Source of the DNA: Squalus acanthias
Taxonomy: Eukaryota
Assembly (NCBI GenBank): GCA_030390025.1
Contig: CM059431.1
Span: 137,084,001 to 137,148,000 of the forward strand
DNA length: 64,000 bases
Direction of reading: 5' to 3'
In this document: positions 27,401 to 42,400 of the stretch, piece by piece
Layout of the letters: each line of letters starts with the position of its first letter
Position numbering within the stretch: the first letter of the stretch is position 1
Translations under genes and position numbers: made by a program
Notes under the pieces: model-generated
Told to the model about the DNA's origin: nothing
Database searches by the model: none
Seen by the model: only the letters and a program-made list of their open reading frames with translations

Positions 27401-30400
27401 GTGGTGATCCCATTACTAACATTGCTGGTGGTGATCCCATTACTAACATTGCTGGTGGTGATCCCACTACTAACATTGCTGGTGGAGATCCCAATACTAA
27501 CATTGCTGTTGGTGATCCCAATACTTACATTGCTGATGGTGATCGCACTACTAACATTGCTGGTGGTGATCCCAATACTAGCATTGCTGGTGGAGATCTC
27601 AAAACTAACATTCCTGGTGGAGATCGCAATACTAACATTGCTGGTGGTGATCCCAATAATAACATTGCTGTTGGTGATCCCAATACTAACATTGCTGGTG
27701 GTGATCCGAATAATAACATTGCTGGTGGTGATCCCAGTACTAACATTGATGGTGGTGATCGCAATACTAAAATTGCTGGTGGTGATCCCAATACTTACAT
27801 TGCTGGTGGTGATCCCAGTACTAACATTGCTGGTGGTGATCCCAATACTTACATTGCTGGTGGTGATCCCAGTACTAACATTGTTCGTGGTGATCCCAAT
27901 ACTAACATTGCTGGTGGTGATCCCATTACTAACATTGCTGGTGGTGATCCCATTACTAACATTGCTGGTGGTGATCCCACTACTAACATTGCTGGTGGAG
28001 ATCCCAATACTAACATTGCTGTTGGTGATCCCAATACTTACATTGCTGATGGTGATCGCACTACTAACATTGCTGGTGGTGATCCCAATACTAGCATTGC
28101 TGGTGGAGATCTCAAAACTAACATTCCTGGTGGAGATCGCAATACTAACATTGCTGGTGGTGATCCCAATAATAACATTGCTGTTGGTGATCCCAATACT
28201 AACATTGCTGGTGGTGATCCGAATAATAACATTGCTGGTGGTGATCCCAGTACTAACATTGATGGTGGTGATCGCAATACTAAAATTGCTGGTGGTGATC
28301 CCAATACTTACATTGCTGGTGGTGATCCCAGTACTAACATTGCTGGTGGTGATCCCAATACTTACATTGCTGGTGGTGATCCCAGTACTAACATTGTTCG
28401 TGGTGATCCCAATACTAACATTGCTGTTGGTGATCCCAATTCTAAGATCCATTACTAACATTGCTGGTGGTGATCCCATTACTAACATTGCTGGTGGTGA
28501 TCCCACTACTAACATTGCTGGTGGAGATCCCAATACTAACATTGCTGTTGGTGATCCCAATACTTACATTGCTGATGGTGATCGCACTACTAACATTGCT
28601 GGTGGTGATCCCAATACTAGCATTGCTGGTGGAGATCTCAAAACTAACATTCCTGGTGGAGATCGCAATACTAACATTGCTGGTGATGATCTCAAAACTA
28701 ACATTGCTTGTGGAGTTCTCAATACTAACATTGCTGGTGGTGATCACAATACTTACATTGATGGTGGTGATCCCAATACTGTCATTGCTGGTGGTGATCT
28801 CAATACTAACATTGCTGGTGGTGTTCTCATTATTATAATTGCTGGTGGTGATCCCATTACTAACATTGCTGGTGGTGATCCCACTACTAACATTGCTGGC
28901 GGTGATCCCAATACTTACATTGCTGGTGGTGATCCCCCTACTAACATTGCTGGAGGTGATCCCAATACTAACATTGCTGGTGGTGATCCAAATACTAACA
29001 TTGCTGGTGGTGATCACAATACCAACATTGCTGGTGATGATCCCAATACTGACATTGCTGTTCTTGATCCCAATACTAACATTGCTGGTGGTGATCCTAA
29101 TACTAACATTGCTTGTGGTGATCCCAAAACTAACATTACTGGTGGTGATCCCAATATTAACATTGCTGGTGGTGATCCAATACTAACATTGCTGGTGGTG
29201 ATCCCAATACTGACATTGCTGTTGGTGATCCCAATACTAACATTGCTGGTGGTGATCCCAATACTAACATTGTTGGTGGTGATCCCAATACTAACATTGA
29301 TGGTGGTGATCTCAATACTTACATTGCTGGTGGTGATCCCAATTCTAACATTACTGGTGGTGATCTCAATACTAACATTGCTGGAGGTGATCCCAATACT
29401 AGCATTGCTGGAGGTGATCCCAATACTAACATTACTGGTGGTGATTCAAATACTAACCTGGCTGGGGGTGATCCCGATACTATCATCGCTGGTGGTGATC
29501 CCAATACTAACATTGCTGGTGGTGATCCCAATACTAACATTGCTGCTGGTGAACCCAATACTAACATTGCTGGTGGTGATCACAATACCAACATTGCTGG
29601 TGGTGATCCCAATACTGACATTGCTGTTGGTGATCCCAATACTAACATTGCTGGTGGTGATCCTAATACTAACATTGCTGGTGGTGATCCCAAAACTAAA
29701 ATTACTGGTGGTGATCTCAATATTAACATTGCTGGTGGTGATCCCAATACTAACATTGCTGTTGGTGATCCCAATACTAACATTGCTGGTGGTGATCCCA
29801 ATACTAACATTGCTGGTGGTGATCACAATACTGACATTGCTGTTGGTGATCCCAATACTAACATTGCTGGTGGTGATCCTAATACTAACATTGCTGGTGG
29901 TGATCCCAAAACTAACATTACTGGTGGTGATCCCAATACTAACATTGAAGGTGGTGATCCCAATACTAACATTGATGGTGGTGATCTCAATACTTACATT
30001 GCTGGTGTTGATCCCAATACTAACATTACTGGTGTTGATCGCAATACTAACATTGCTGGTGGTGATCCCAATACTAACATTACTGGTGTTGATCGCAATA
30101 CTAACATTGATGGTGGTGATCGCAATACTAACATTGCTGGTGGTGATCGCAATACTAACATTGCTGGAGGTGATCCCAATACTTACATTGCTGGTGGTGT
30201 TCCCAGTACTAACATTGTTCGTGGAGATCCCAATACTTACATTGCTGGTGGTGATCCCATTACTAACATTGCTGGTGGTGATCACATTACTAACATTGCT
30301 GGTGGTGATCCCACTACTAACATTGCTGGTGGAGATCCCAATACTAACATTGCTGTTGGTGATCCCAATACTTACATTGCTGATGGTGATCGCACTACTA

Positions 30401-33400
30401 ACATTGCTGGTGGTGATCCCAATACTAGCATTGCTGGTGGTGCTCCCAATACTAACATTGCTGTTGGTGATCCCAATACTAACATTGCTGGTGGAGATCT
30501 CAAAACTAACATTCCTGGTGGAGATCGCAATACTAACATTGCTGGTGGTGATCTCAAAACTAACATTGCTTGTGGAGTTCTCAATACTAACATTGCTGGT
30601 GGTGATCACAATAATTACATTGATGGTGGTGATCTCAATACTGTCATTGCTGGTGGTGATCTCAATACTAACATTGCTTTTGGTGATCCCATTATTATAA
30701 TTGCTGGTGGTGATCCCATTACTAACATTGCTGGTGGTGATCACAATACTTACATTGCTGGTGGTGATCCCCCTACTAACATTGCTGGAGGTGATTCCAA
30801 TACTAGCATTGCTGGTGGTGATCCCAATACTAACATTGCTGGTGGTGATCCCAATACTAACATTGCTGGTGGAGATCTCAAAACTAACATTGCTGGTGGT
30901 GATCCCAATACTAACATTGCTGGAGGTGATCCCAATACTAACATTACTGGTGGTGATTCAAATACTACCCTTGCTGGGGGTGATCCCGATACTATCATCG
31001 CTGGTGGTGATCCCAAAACTCACATTTCTGGTGGTGATCCCAGTACTAACATTGCTGGTGGTGATCTCAATACTAACATTGCTGGTGGTGATCCCATTAC
31101 TAAAATTGCTGGTGGTGATCCCAATACTTACATTGCTGGTGGTGATCCCATTACTAACATTGCTGGTGGTGATCCCATTACTAACATTGCTGGTGGTGAT
31201 CCCACTACTAACATTGCTGGTGGAGATCCCAATACTAACATTGCTGTTGGTGATCCCAATACTTACATTGCTGATGGTGATCGCACTACTAACATGGCTG
31301 GTGGTGATCCCAATACTAGCATTGCTGGTGGAGATCTCAAAACTAACATTCCTGGTGGAGATCGCAATACTAACATTGCTGGTGATGATCTCAAAACTAA
31401 ACTTGCTTGTGGAGTTGTCAATACTAACATTGCTGGTGGTGATCACAATACTTACATTGATAGTGGAGATCCCAATACTGTCATTGCTGGTGGTGATCTC
31501 AATACTAACATTGCTGGTGGTGATCCCACTATTATAATTGCTGGTGGTGATCCCATTACTAACATTGCTGGTGGTGATCCCACTACTAACATTGCTGGCG
31601 GTGATCCCAATACTTACATTGCTGGTGGTGATCCCCCTACTAACATTGCTGCTGGTGATCCAAATACTAACATTGCTGGTGGTGATCACAATACAAACAT
31701 TGCTGGTGATGATCCCAATACTGACATTGCTGTTCTTGATCCCAATACAAACATTGCTGGTGGTGATCCCAAAACTAACATTACTGGTGGTGATCCCAAT
31801 ATTAACATTGCTGGTGGTGATCCAATACTAACATTGCTGGAGGTGATCCCAATACTAACATTACTGGAGGTGATTCAAATACTACCCTTGCTGGGGGTGA
31901 TCCCGATACTATCATCGCTGGTGGTGATCCCAAAACTCACATTTCTGGTGGTGATCCCAGTACTAACATTGCTGGTGGTGATCTCAATACTAACATTGCT
32001 GGTGGTGATCCCATTACTAAAATTGCTGGTGGTGATCCCAATACTTACATTGCTGGTGGTGATCCCATTACTAACATTGCTGGTGGTGATCCCATTACTA
32101 ACATTGCTGGTGGTGATCCCACTACTAACATTGCTGGTGGAGATCGCAATACTAACATTGCTGGTGATGATCTCAAAACTAAACTTGCTTGTGGAGTTCT
32201 CAATACTAACATTGCTGGTGGTGATCACAATACTTACATTGATAGTGGTGATCCCAATACTGTCATTGCTGGTGGTGATCTCAATACTAACATTGCTGGT
32301 GGTGATCCCACTATTATAATTGCTGGTGGTGATCCCATTACTAACATTGCTTGTGGTGATCCCACTACTAACATTGCTGGCGGTGATCCCAATACTTACA
32401 TTGCTGGTGGTGATCCCCCTACTAACATTGCTGCTGGTGATCCAAATACTAACATTGCTGGTGGTGATCACAATACCAACATTGCTGGTGATGATCCCAA
32501 TACTGACATTGCTGTTCTTGATCCCAATACTAACATTGCTGGTGGTGATCCCAAAACTAACATTACTGGTGGTGATCCCAATATTAACATTGCTGGTGGT
32601 GATCCAATACTAACATTGCTGGTGGTGATCCCAATACTGACATTGCTGTTGGTGATCCCAATACTAACATTGCTGGTGGTGATCCTAATACTAACATTGA
32701 ATGTGGTGATCCCAATACTAACATTGATGGTGGTGATCTCAATACTTACATTGCTGGTGGTGATCCCAATTCTAACATTACTGGTGGTGATCGCAATACT
32801 CACATTGATGGTGGTGATCGCAATACTAATATTGCTGGTGGTGATCCCAATACTAACATTGCTGGAGGTGATCCCAATACTAACATTGCTGGTGGTGATC
32901 CCACTACTAACATTGCTGGTGGAGATCCCAATACTAACATTGCTGTTGGTGATCCCAATACTTACATTGCTGATGGTGATCGCACTACTAACATTGCTGG
33001 TGGTGATCCCAATACTAGCATTGCTGGTGGAGATCTCAAAACTAACATTCCTGGTGGAGATCGCAATACTAACATTGCTGGTGATGATCTCAAAACTAAC
33101 ATTGCTTGTGGAGTTCTCAATACTAACATTGCTGGTGGTGATCACAATACTTACATTGATGGTGGTGATCCCAATACTGTCATTGCTGGTGGTGATCTCA
33201 ATACTAACATTGCTGGTGGTGTTCTCATTATTATAATTGCTGGTGGTGATCCCATTACTAACATTGCTGGTGGTGATCCCACTACTAACATTGCTGGCGG
33301 TGATCCCAATACTTACATTGCTGGTGGTGATCCCCCTACTAACATTGCTGGAGGTGATCCCAAAACTAGCATTGCTAGTGGTGGTCCCAATACTAACATT

Positions 33401-36400
33401 GCTGGTGGTGATCCAAATACTAACATTGCTGGTGGTGATCACAATACCAACATTGCTGGTGGTGATCCCAATACTGACATTGCTGTTGGTGATCCCAATA
33501 CTAACATTGCTGGTGGTGATCCTAATACTAACATTGCTGGTGGTGATCCCAAAACTAAAATTACTGGTGGTGATCCCAATATTAACATTGCTGGTGGTGA
33601 TCCCAATACTAACATTGCTGTTGGTGATCCCAATACTAACATTGCTGGTGGTGATCCCAATACTAACATTGCTGGTGGTGATCACAATACTGACATTGCT
33701 GTTGGTGATCCCAATACTAACATTGCTGGTGGTGATCCTAATACTAACATTGCTGGTGGTGATCCCAAAACTAACATTACTGGTGGTGATCCCAATACTA
33801 ACATTGAAGGTGGTGATCCCAATACTAACATTGATGGTGGTGATCTCAATACTTACATTGCTGGTGGTGATCCCAATACTAACATTACTGGTGTTGATCG
33901 CAATACTAACATTGATGGTGGTGATCGCAATACTAACATTGCTGGTGGTGATCGCAATACTAACATTGCTGGAGGTGATCCCAATACTAACATTGCTGGT
34001 GGTGATCCCAATAATAACATTGCTGGTGTTGATCCCATTACTAACATTGATGGTGGTGATCGCAATTCTAACATTGCTGGTGATGATCCCAATACTAACA
34101 TTGCTGTTGGTGATCTCAATACAAACATTGCTGGTGGTGATCCCATTACTAAAATTGCTGGTGGTGATCCCAATACTTACATTGCTGGTGGTGATCCCTA
34201 TACTAACATTGCTGGTGGTGATCCCAATACTTACATTGCTGGTGGTGTTCCCAGTACTAACATTGTTCGTGGTGATCCCAATACTTACATTGCTGGTGGT
34301 GATCCCATTACTAACATTGCTGGTGGTGATCACATTACTAACATTGCTGGTGGTGATCCCACTACTAAAATTGCTGGTGGAGATCCCAATACTAACATTG
34401 CTGTTGGTGATCCCAATACTTACATTGCTGATAGTGAACGCACTGCTAACATTGCTGGTGGTGATCCCAATACTAGCATTGCTGGTGGTGATCCCAATAT
34501 TAACATTGCTGGTGGTGATCCAATACTAACATTGCTGGTGGTGATCCCAATACTGACATTGCTGTTGGTGATCCCAATACTAACATTGCTGGTGGTGATC
34601 CTAATGCTAACATTGAATGTGGTGATCCCAATACTAACATTGATGGTGGTGATCTCAATACTTACATTGCTGGTGGTGATCCCAATTCTAACATTACTGG
34701 TGGTGATCGCAATACTCACATTGATGGTGGTGATCGCAATACTAATATTGCTGGTGGTGATCCCAATACTAACATTGCTGGAGGTGATCCCAATACTAAC
34801 ATTGCTGGTGGTGATCCCAATAATAACATTGCTGGTGGTGATCCCAGTACTAACATTGATGGTGGTGATCGCAATACTAACATTGCTGGTGATGGTTCCA
34901 ATACTAACATTGCTGGTGGTGATCTCAATACTAACATTGCTGGCGGTGATCCCAATACTTACATTGCTGGCGGTGATCCCAATACTTACATTGCTGGTGG
35001 TGATCCCCCTACTAACATTGCTGGAGGTGATCCCAATACTAGCATTGCTAGTGGTGGTCCCAATACTAACATTGCTGGTGGTGATCCAAATACTAACATT
35101 GCTGGTGGTGATCACAATACCAACATTGCTGGTGGTGATCCCAATACTGACATTGCTGTTGGTGATCCCAATACTAACATTGCTGGTGGTGATCTCAATA
35201 CTTACATTGCTGGTGGTGATCCCAATACTAACATTACTGGTGTTGATCGCAATACTAACATTGATGGTGGTGATCGCAATACTAACATTGCTGGTGGTGA
35301 TCGCAATACTAACATTGCTGGAGGTGATCCCAATACTAACATTGCTGGTGGTGATCCCAATAATAACATTGCTGGTGTTGATCCCATTACTAACATTGAT
35401 GGTGGTGATCGCAATTCTAACATTGCTGGTGATGATCCAATACTAACTTGCTTGTGGTGATCTCAATACAAACATTGCTGGTGGTGATCACAATACTAAA
35501 TTGCTGGTGGTGATCCCAATACTTACATTGCTGGTGGTGATCTCAATACTAACATTGCTGGTGGTGATCCCACTACTTACATTGCTGGTGGTGTTCCCAT
35601 TACTAACATTGCTTCGTGGTGATCCCAATACTTACATTGCTGGCTGGTGATCCCATTACTTACATTGCTGGTGGTGATCACCCTACTAACATTGCTGGTG
35701 GTGATCCCAATACTAACATTGCTGGTGGAGATCCCAATACTAACATTGCTGTTGGTGATCCCAATACTTACATTGCTGATAGTGAACGCACTGCTAACAT
35801 TGCTGGTGGTGATCCCAATACTAGCATTGCTGGTGGTGATCCCAATATTAACATTGCTGGTGGTGATCCAATACTAACATTGCTGGTGGTGATCCCAATA
35901 CTGACATTGCTGTTGGTGATCCCAATACTAACATTGCTGGTGGTGATCCTAATGCTAACATTGAATGTGGTGATCCCAATACTAACATTGATGGTGGTGA
36001 TCTCAATACTTACATTGCTGGTGGTGATCCCAATTCTAACATTACTGGTGGTGATCGCAATACTCACATTGATGGTGGTGATCGCAATACTAATATTGCT
36101 GGTGGTGATCCCAATACTAACATTGCTGGAGGTGATCCCAATACTAACATTGCTGGTGGTGATCCCAATAATAACATTGCTGGTGGTGATCCCAGTACTA
36201 ACATTGATGGTGGTGATCGCAATACTAACATTGCTGGTGATGGTTCCAATACTAACATTGCTGGTGGTGATCTCAATACTAACATTGCTGGCGGTGATCC
36301 CAATACTTACATTGCTGGCGGTGATCCCAATACTTACATTGCTGGTGGTGATCCCCCTACTAACATTGCTGGAGGTGATCCCAATACTAGCATTGCTAGT

Positions 36401-39400
36401 GGTGGTCCCAATACTAACATTGCTGGTGGTGATCCAAATACTAACATTGCTGGTGGTGATCACAATACCAACATTGCTGGTGGTGATCCCAATACTGACA
36501 TTGCTGTTGGTGATCCCAATACTAACATTGCTGGTGGTGATCCTAATACTAACATTGCTGGTGGTGATCCCAAAACTAAAATTACTGGTGGTGATCCCAA
36601 TATTAACATTGCTGGTGGTGATCCCAATACTAACATTGCTGGTGGTGATCCCACTACTAACATTGCTGGCGGTGATCCCAATACTTACATTGCTGGTGGT
36701 GATCCCCCTACTAACATTGCTGGAGGTGATCCCAATACTAGCATTGCTAGTGGTGGTCCCAATACTAACATTGCTGGTGGTGATCCAAATACTAACATTG
36801 CTGGTGGTGATCACAATACCAACATTGCTGGTGGTGATCCCAATACTGACATTGCTGTTGGTGATCCCAATACTAACATTGCTGGTGGTGATCCTAATAC
36901 TAACATTGCTGGTGGTGATCCCAAAACTAAAATTACTGGTGGTGATCCCAATATTAACATTGCTGGTGGTGATCCCAATACTAACATTGCTGTTGGTGAT
37001 CCCAATACTAACATTGCTGGTGGTGATCCCAATACTAACATTGCTGGTGGTGATCACAATACTGACATTGCTGTTGGTGATCCCAATACTAACATTGCTG
37101 GTGGTGATCCTAATACTAACATTGCTGGTGGTGATCCCAAAACTAACATTACTGGTGGTGATCCCAATACTAACATTGAAGGTGGTGATCCCAATACTAA
37201 CATTGATGGTGGTGATCTCAATAGTTACATTGCTGGTGGTGATCCCAATACTAACATTACTGGTGTTGATCGCAATACTAACATTGATGGTGGTGATCGC
37301 AATACTAACATTGCTGGTGGTGATCGCAATACTAACATTGCTGGAGGTGATCCCAATACTAACATTGCTGGTGGTGATCCCAATAATAACATTGCTGGTG
37401 TTGATCCCATTACTAACATTGATGGTGGTGATCGCAATTCTAACATTGCTGGTGATGATCCCAATACTAACATTGCTGTTGGTGATCTCAATACAAACAT
37501 TGCTGGTGGTGATCCCATTACTAAAATTGCTGGTGGTGATCCCAATACTTACATTGCTGGTGGTGATCCCTATACTAACATTGCTGGTGGTGATCCCAAT
37601 ACTTACATTGCTGGTGGTGTTCCCAGTACTAACATTGTTCGTGGTGATCCCAATACTTACATTGCTGGTGGTGATCCCATTACTAACATTGCTGGTGGTG
37701 ATCACATTACTAACATTGCTGGTGGTGATCCCACTACTAAAATTGCTGGTGGAGATCCCAATACTAACATTGCTGTTGGTGATCCCAATACTTACATTGC
37801 TGATAGTGAACGCACTGCTAACATTGCTGGTGGTGATCCCAATACTAGCATTGCTGGTGGTGATCCCAATATTAACATTGCTGGTGGTGATCCAATACTA
37901 ACATTGCTGGTGGTGATCCCAATACTGACATTGCTGTTGGTGATCCCAATACTAACATTGCTGGTGGTGATCCTAATACTAACATTGAATGTGGTGATCC
38001 CAATACTAACATTGATGGTGGTGATCTCAATACTTACATTGCTGGTGGTGATCCCAATTCTAACATTACTGGTGGTGATCGCAATACTCACATTGATGGT
38101 GGTGATCGCAATACTAATATTGCTGGTGGTGATCCCAATACTAACATTGCTGGAGGTGATCCCAATACTAACATTGCTGGTGGTGATCCCAATAATAACA
38201 TTGCTGGTGGTGATCCCAGTACTAACATTGATGGTGGTGATCGCAATACTAACATTGCTGGTGATGGTTCCAATACTAACATTGCTGGTGGTGATCTCAA
38301 TACAAACATTGCTGGTGGTGATCCGATTACTAAAATTGCTGGTGGTGATCCCAATACTTACATTGCTGGTGGTGATCCCAATACTAACATTGCTGGTGGT
38401 GATCTCAATACTAACATTGCTGATGGTGATCCCATTACTAAAATTGCTGGTGGTGATCCCAATACTTACATTGTTGGTGGTGATCCCAATACTTACATTG
38501 CTGGTGGTGATCCCATTACTAACATTGCTGGTGGTGATCCCAATACTAACATTGCTGGTGGTGATCCCACTACTAACTTTGCTGGTGGAGATCCCAATAC
38601 TAACATTGCTGTTGGTGATGCCAATACTTACATTGCTGATGGTGATCGCACTACTAACATTGCTGGTGGAACTTCCAATACTAACATTGCTGGTGGTGAT
38701 CGCAATACTAACATTGCTGGTGGAGATCTCAAAACTAACATTCCTGGTGGAGATCGCAATACTAACATGGCTGGTGGTGATCTCAAAACTAACATTGCTT
38801 GTGGAGTTCTCAATACTAACATTGCTGCTGGTGATCACAATACTTACATTGATGGTGGTGATCCCAATACTGTCATTGCTGGTGGTGATCTCAATACTAA
38901 CATTGCTGGTGGTGATCCCATTATTATAATTGCTGGTGGTGATCCCATTACTAACATTGCTGGTGGTGATCCCACTACTAACATTGCTGGTGGTGATCCC
39001 AATACTTACATTGCTGGTGGTGGTCCCCCTACTAACATTGCTGGAGGTGATCCCAATACTAGCATTGCTGGTGGTGATCCCAATACTAACATTGCTGGTG
39101 GTGATCCAAATACTAACATTGCTGGTGGTGATCACAATACCAACATTGCTGGTGATGATCCCAATACTGACATTGCTGGTGGTGATCCCAATACTGACAT
39201 TGATGATGGTGAACCCAATACTAACATTGATGGTGGTAATCCAAATACTAACATTGCTGGTGGTGATCCCAATACTAACATCGCTGTTGGTGATCTCAAT
39301 ACTAACATTGCTGTGGGTGATCCCAATACTAACATTGCTGGTGGTGATCCCAATACTAACATTGCTGTTGGTGATCCCAATACTAATATTGATGGTGGTG

Positions 39401-42400
39401 ATCCCAATACTAACATTGCTGGTGGTGATCACATTACTAACTTTGCTGGTGGTGATCCCAATACCATCATTGCTGGTGGTGATCCCAATACTAACAATGC
39501 TGGTGGTGATCTCAAAACTAACATTGCTGGAGGTGGTCCCAATACTAACATTACTGTTGGTGATCCCAATACTAACATTGCAGGTGGTGATCACAATACT
39601 AACATTGCTGGTGGTGATCTCAATACTAACATTGCTGGAGGTGATCCCAATACTAACATTACTGGTGGTGATTCAAATACTAACCTTGCTGGGGGTGATC
39701 CCGATACTATCATTGCTGGTGGTGATCCCAATACTAACATTGCTGGTGGTGATCCCAATACTAACATTGCTGCTGGTGAACCCAATACTAACATTGCTGG
39801 TGGTGATCACAATACCAACATTGCTGGTGGTGATCCCAATACTGACATTGCTGTTGGTGATCCCAATACTAACATTGCTGGTGGTGATCCTAATACTAAC
39901 ATTGCTGGTGGTGATCCCAAAACTAAAATTACTGGTGGTGATCCCCAATATTCACATTGCTGGTGGTGATCCCAATACTAACATTGCTGTTGGTGATCCC
40001 AATACTAACATTGCTGGTGGTGATCCCAATACTAACATTGCTGGTGGTGATCACAATACTGACATTGCTGTTGGTGATCCCAATACTAACATTGCTGGTG
40101 GTGATCCTAATACTAACATTGCTGGTGGTGATCCCAAAACTAACATTACTGGTGGTGATCCCAATACTAACATTGAAGGTGGTGATCCCAATACTAACAT
40201 TGATGGTGGTGATCTCAATACTTACATTGCTGGTGGTGATCCCAATACTAACGTTACTGGTGTTGATCGCAATACTAACATTGATGGTGGTGATCGCAAT
40301 ACTAACATTGCTGGTGGTGATCGCAATACTAACATTGCTGGAGGTGTTCCCAATACTAACATTGCTGGTGGTGATCCCAATAATAACATTGCTGGTGGTG
40401 ATCCCATTACTAACATTGATGGTGGTGATCGCTATTCTAACATTGCTGCTGATGATCCCAATACGAACATTGCTGGTGGTGATCTCAATACAAGCATTGC
40501 TGGTGGTGATCCCATTACTAAAATTGCTGGTGGTGATCCCAATACTTACATTGCTGGTGGTGATCCCAATACTAACATTGCTGGTGGTGATCCCAATACT
40601 TACATTGCTGGTGGTGTTCCCAGTACTAACATTGTTCGTGGTGATCCCAATACTTACATTGCTGGTGGTGATCCCATTACTAACATTGCTGGTGGTGATC
40701 ACATTACTAACATTGCTGGTGGTGATCCCACTACTAACATTGCTGGTGGAGATCCCATTACTAACATTGCTGTTGGTGATCCCAATACTTGCATTGCTGA
40801 TGGTGATCGCACTACTAACATTGCTGGTGGTGATCCCAATACTAGCATTGCTGGTGGTGCTGCCAATACTAACATTGCTGTTGGTGATCCCAATACTAAC
40901 ATTGCTGGTGGAAATCTCAAAACTAACATTCCTGGTGGAGATCGCAATACTAACATTGCTGGTGGTGATCTCAAAACTAACATTGCTTGTGCAGTTCTCA
41001 ATACTAACATTGCTGGTGGTGATCACAATAATTACATTGATGGTGGTGATCCCAATACTGTCATTGCTGGTGGTGATCTCAATACTAACATTGCTTTTGG
41101 TGATCCCATTATTATAATTGCTGGTGGTGATCCCATTACTAACATTGCTGGTGGTGATCCCACTACTAACATTGCTGGTGGTGATCCCAATACTTACATT
41201 GCTGGTGGTGATCCCCCTACTAACATTGCTGGAGGTGATTCCAATACTAGCATTGCTGGTGGTGATCCCAATACTAACATTGCTGGTGGTGATCCCAATA
41301 CTAACATTGCTGGTGGAGATCTCAAAACTAACATTGCTGGTGGTGATCCCAATACTAACATTGCTGGAGGTGATCCCAATACTAACATTACTGGTGGTGA
41401 TTCAAATACTACCCTTGCTGGGGGTGATCCCGATACTATCATCGCTGGTGGTGATCCCAAAACTCACATTTCTGGTGGTGATCCCAATACTAATATTGCT
41501 GTTGGTGATCCCAATACTAACATTGCTGGTGGTGATACCAATACTGACATTGCTGTTGGTGATCCCAATACTAACATTGCTGGTGGTGATTCTAATACTA
41601 ACATTGCTGGTGGTGATCCCAAAACTAACATTGCTGCTGGTGATCCCAATACTAACATTGCTGGTGGTGATCCCAATACTAACATTGCTGGAGGTGATCC
41701 CAATACTAACATTGCTGGTGGTGATCCCAATAATAACATTGCTGGTGGTGATCCCATTACTAACATTGATGGTGGTGATCGCAATTCTAACATTGCTGGT
41801 GATGATCACAATACTAACATTGCTGGTGGTGATCTCAATACAAACATTGCTGGTGGTGATCCCATTACTAAAATTGCTGGTGGTGATCCCAATACTTACA
41901 TTGCTGGTGGTGATCCCAATACTAACATTGCTGGTGGTGATCCCAATACTTACATTGCTGCTGGTGTTCCCAGTGCTAACATTGTACGTGGTGATCCCAA
42001 TACTTACATTGCTGGTGGTGATCCCATTACTAACATTGCTGGTGGTGATCACATTACTAACATTGCTGGTGGTGATCCCACTACTAACATTGCTGGTGGA
42101 GATCCCAATACTAACATTGCTGTTGGTGATCCCAATACTTACATTGCTGATGGTGATCGCACTACTAACATTGCTGGTGGTGATCCCAATACTAGCATTG
42201 CTGGTGGTGCTCCCAATACTAACATTGCTGTTGGTGATCCCAATACTAACATTGCTGGTGGAGATCTCAAAACTAACATTCCTGGTGGAGATCGCAATAC
42301 TAACATTGCTGGTGGTGATCTCAAAACTAACATTGCTTGTGGAGTTCTCAATACTAACATTGCTGGTGGTGATCACAATAATTACATTGATGGTGGTGAT

